Assembly: GCA_963796275.1 (NCBI GenBank)
Contig: CAWCKY010000006.1
Coordinates: 544,001-608,000 of the forward strand
DNA length: 64,000 bases
Source: an uncultured Acidobacteriota bacterium
GTDB lineage: Bacteria > Acidobacteriota > Blastocatellia > RBC074
Direction of reading: 5' to 3'
The notes under the pieces are model-generated. The model searched no databases, was not told the DNA's origin, and was given only the letters and a program-made list of their open reading frames with translations. Position 1 is the first letter of the stretch, and each line of letters begins with the position of its first letter. This document shows, one piece after another, positions 60,233-64,000 of the stretch. The translations under genes and the position numbers were made by a program.

Positions 60233-61183
60233 GTGCCTTTCGATGGAACGTTAAATTTCAGCTCCGAAGATCCCAGAAAGAACTCTATTATCCGGGGTTT
60301 GAATTTTCTTCGGAGCGGCAAGGTGAGGGATATTTATGAGGTGGATGGCGATCGACTATTGATGGTCGCTTCCGATCGGATCTCCGCCTTCGATTGCGTT
60401 TTGCCCAATGCGATACCACTCAAAGGGCGCGTACTGACACAGCTCTCAAAATTCTGGTTCGATCGTTTTTCCCACATCGTCGGGAATCACCTGATCACAA
60501 CGGTATTGGGCGAGTTTCCCGCGGACCTGCTAGAAAAAATCAATTCGGCATCGATTGAAAATCTTTCGTCATTTCTGGAAGGGCGTTCGATGCTCGTCTA
60601 CCGCGCTGATGTGATCCCTTTCGAATGTGTCGTCCGCGGTTATCTGGCGGGTTCCGGGTGGAAGGAGTATCGCGAGACCGGGGCAGTCTGCGGCCATATC
60701 TTGCCTCCCGGCTTGCTCGAGTCCGAGAGACTTCCCCATCCTATCTTTACCCCCGCTACCAAGGCCGAAGAAGGACACGATATCAATATACCTATTTCAG
60801 AGATGGCTCGTTCCCTCGGCGATAATCTGACTAACGAGCTTGAGGCCGTCAGCTTGAAGCTCTATGGGGAAGCCGCAACTTACGCCGAGTCGCGCGGTAT
60901 TATTATCTGTGATACGAAATTCGAGTTCGGTTTGAGAGACGGTAAATTGATATTGGTCGATGAGGCGCTGACACCCGATTCATCCCGCTTCTGGCCGCGC
61001 GAAGCCTACGCCCCCGGCAAATCCGTTTTATCATTCGACAAGCAGTTCGTGCGCGATTACCTCGAGACCCTCGACTGGGATAAACGCCCCCCTGCACCTT
61101 CGCTCCCACCTGATGTCGTAAAAGCAACCAGCTCCAAATATGTCGATGCCTTCCGCTTGATTACCGGTCAATCGCATCTTTAA
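60233..61183 (+). CDS. purC: Phosphoribosylaminoimidazole-succinocarboxamide synthase
   Basis: SGKVRDIY, SDRISAFD, ECVVRGYLAGSG, FTPATKA, DTKFEFG, TPDSSRFW, DKQFVRD. Confidence 0.96.
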   Translation: MPFDGTLNFSSEDPRKNSIIRGLNFLRSGKVRDIYEVDGDRLLMVASDRISAFDCVLPNAIPLKGRVLTQLSKFWFDRFSHIVGNHLITTVLGEFPADLLEKINSASIENLSSFLEGRSMLVYRADVIPFECVVRGYLAGSGWKEYRETGAVCGHILPPGLLESERLPHPIFTPATKAEEGHDINIPISEMARSLGDNLTNELEAVSLKLYGEAATYAESRGIIICDTKFEFGLRDGKLILVDEALTPDSSRFWPREAYAPGKSVLSFDKQFVRDYLETLDWDKRPPAPSLPPDVVKATSSKYVDAFRLITGQSHL

Positions 61184-61186
61184 TCA

Positions 61187-61215
61187 TTGACAGCCGTTTC
61201 CCTGATAAATATACT
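61187..61215 (+). promoter_or_regulatory. Sigma70 promoter of groESL
   Basis: TTGACA (61187-92), 17 nt, TATACT (61210-15). Confidence 0.85.
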
Positions 61216-61241
61216 TAGCACTCCTTCGCAGGGAGTGCTAA
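61215..61241. promoter_or_regulatory. CIRCE operator (HrcA binding site)
   Basis: Perfect consensus TTAGCACTC-N9-GAGTGCTAA. Confidence 0.97.
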
Positions 61242-61393
61242 CAACCCCTCAAACCCCGTTAATTCTCAATCTGATACGGGTTTAATATGGGTTTAATTAT
61301 ATCTATGCAAAAAACTTGAGTATCACCTACTCAAGCTCCTTGTGACGGGAGGCAAAGCATCAATACCATCTAAAAATGTGAAAGGAGAATTAT

Positions 61394-63375
<1,982 letters not shown>

Positions 63376-63397
63376 ATTTGATCGGTGAGTGAACTAT

Positions 63398-63440
63398 GGC
63401 GATGGCGTCTGATGAAGGCGCCATCGCCCTATTTTTTTAT
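63398..63440 (+). terminator. Intrinsic terminator of groESL
   Basis: Stem ggcgatggcgtc / ggcgccatcgcc followed by ctattttttt. Confidence 0.85.
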
Positions 63441-63562
63441 GGGGCGCGGTTTATCTGGAGTCAACCGGTATTTCACTTAAGTCTATGCGCCCCCCACATT
63501 TCAATTCACTTTAATTGTGATACTGCAGTTTTCAGATGAGTATGCAGGGTTGAAGATTGCAA

Positions 63563-63755
63563 AGCCTTTGGAGTGGGGTTGCTTGCTTGCAACCGCTTTG
63601 TTAGTCCTTCCGTGATCCGGGATTTTCGCTGAAATTCACCCCATGGCCCTCCACAACGACCGTTATTTGAGGAATTGCTCAGTTGTCTCATAGGCAACGA
63701 GTGAAGCAATTGACTACCAAAGCGGTTGCAAGCAAGCAACAGCACTCCATAAGCT
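63563..63755. repeat. REP-doublet-like 44-bp inverted repeat
   Basis: 63563-63606 vs reverse complement of 63712-63755: 39/44 identical by manual alignment; core GGAGTG...GTTGCTTGCTTGCAAC-CGCTTTG. Confidence 0.85.
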
Positions 63756-64000
63756 CCGCTAGGCATAGCACGACCATACACTCCTCCCGATCAGGAAGAT
63801 CAATCAGCCTGCAGACCGACCCAAGTTTTTATCACTTGACTATGGTGAATAACGCCGCTTTCGATACTCCGTTATTGGACGGGACTGAGTATTTGAACCA
63901 TCAATTGTATTCATTATGGTTTCATAGCTTCGATCAAAAAGTAATACGGGCTATTTCTGATGCTGGTTCCGGGTATCGGTCGCTGGGATCACTAACTTCA

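Noticed and set aside
63506-63781. 91-aa ORF on - strand
   Set aside because: Runs through both arms of the inverted repeat and has no protein-like motif; likely spurious.

Overview
A 64 kb, gene-dense, moderately GC-rich bacterial chromosomal segment. Gene content and style (Oar-like TonB receptors, kinase-TolB-TPR protein, heptamer intergenic repeats) suggest Acidobacteriota, probably Blastocatellia; this is an inference. Housekeeping genes include queA, ruvAB, hemB, phoH-ybeY-corC-era-prmA-rsmE, galK, a class A PBP, purC and CIRCE-regulated groES-groEL. No rRNA, tRNA, CRISPR array, integrase or transposase was seen. The most notable items are: (1) a minimal microcompartment operon, rex / class II aldolase with a putative encapsulation peptide / hidden small ORF with an in-frame TGA / BMC-H / BMC-P / nadE / pgsA / gamma-carbonic anhydrase-family gene; (2) a dispersed family of intercistronic hairpins built from heptamer arrays (GTTTTCA)n...(TGAAAAC)n with conserved, invertible loop sequences, plus nested REP/REPIN-like palindromes; (3) a GlnA4-like gamma-glutamylation amine-catabolism cluster led by a secreted phosphodiesterase and lacking the usual hydrolase; (4) unusual fusions (Kef-type antiporter plus UBP zinc finger, histone-H1-like tail plus TPR); (5) a perR-ahpC-ahpD unit with two visible operator palindromes. 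ruvB and galK each carry a single extra base, most likely assembly errors. All product calls come from motif recognition by eye, without database searches.
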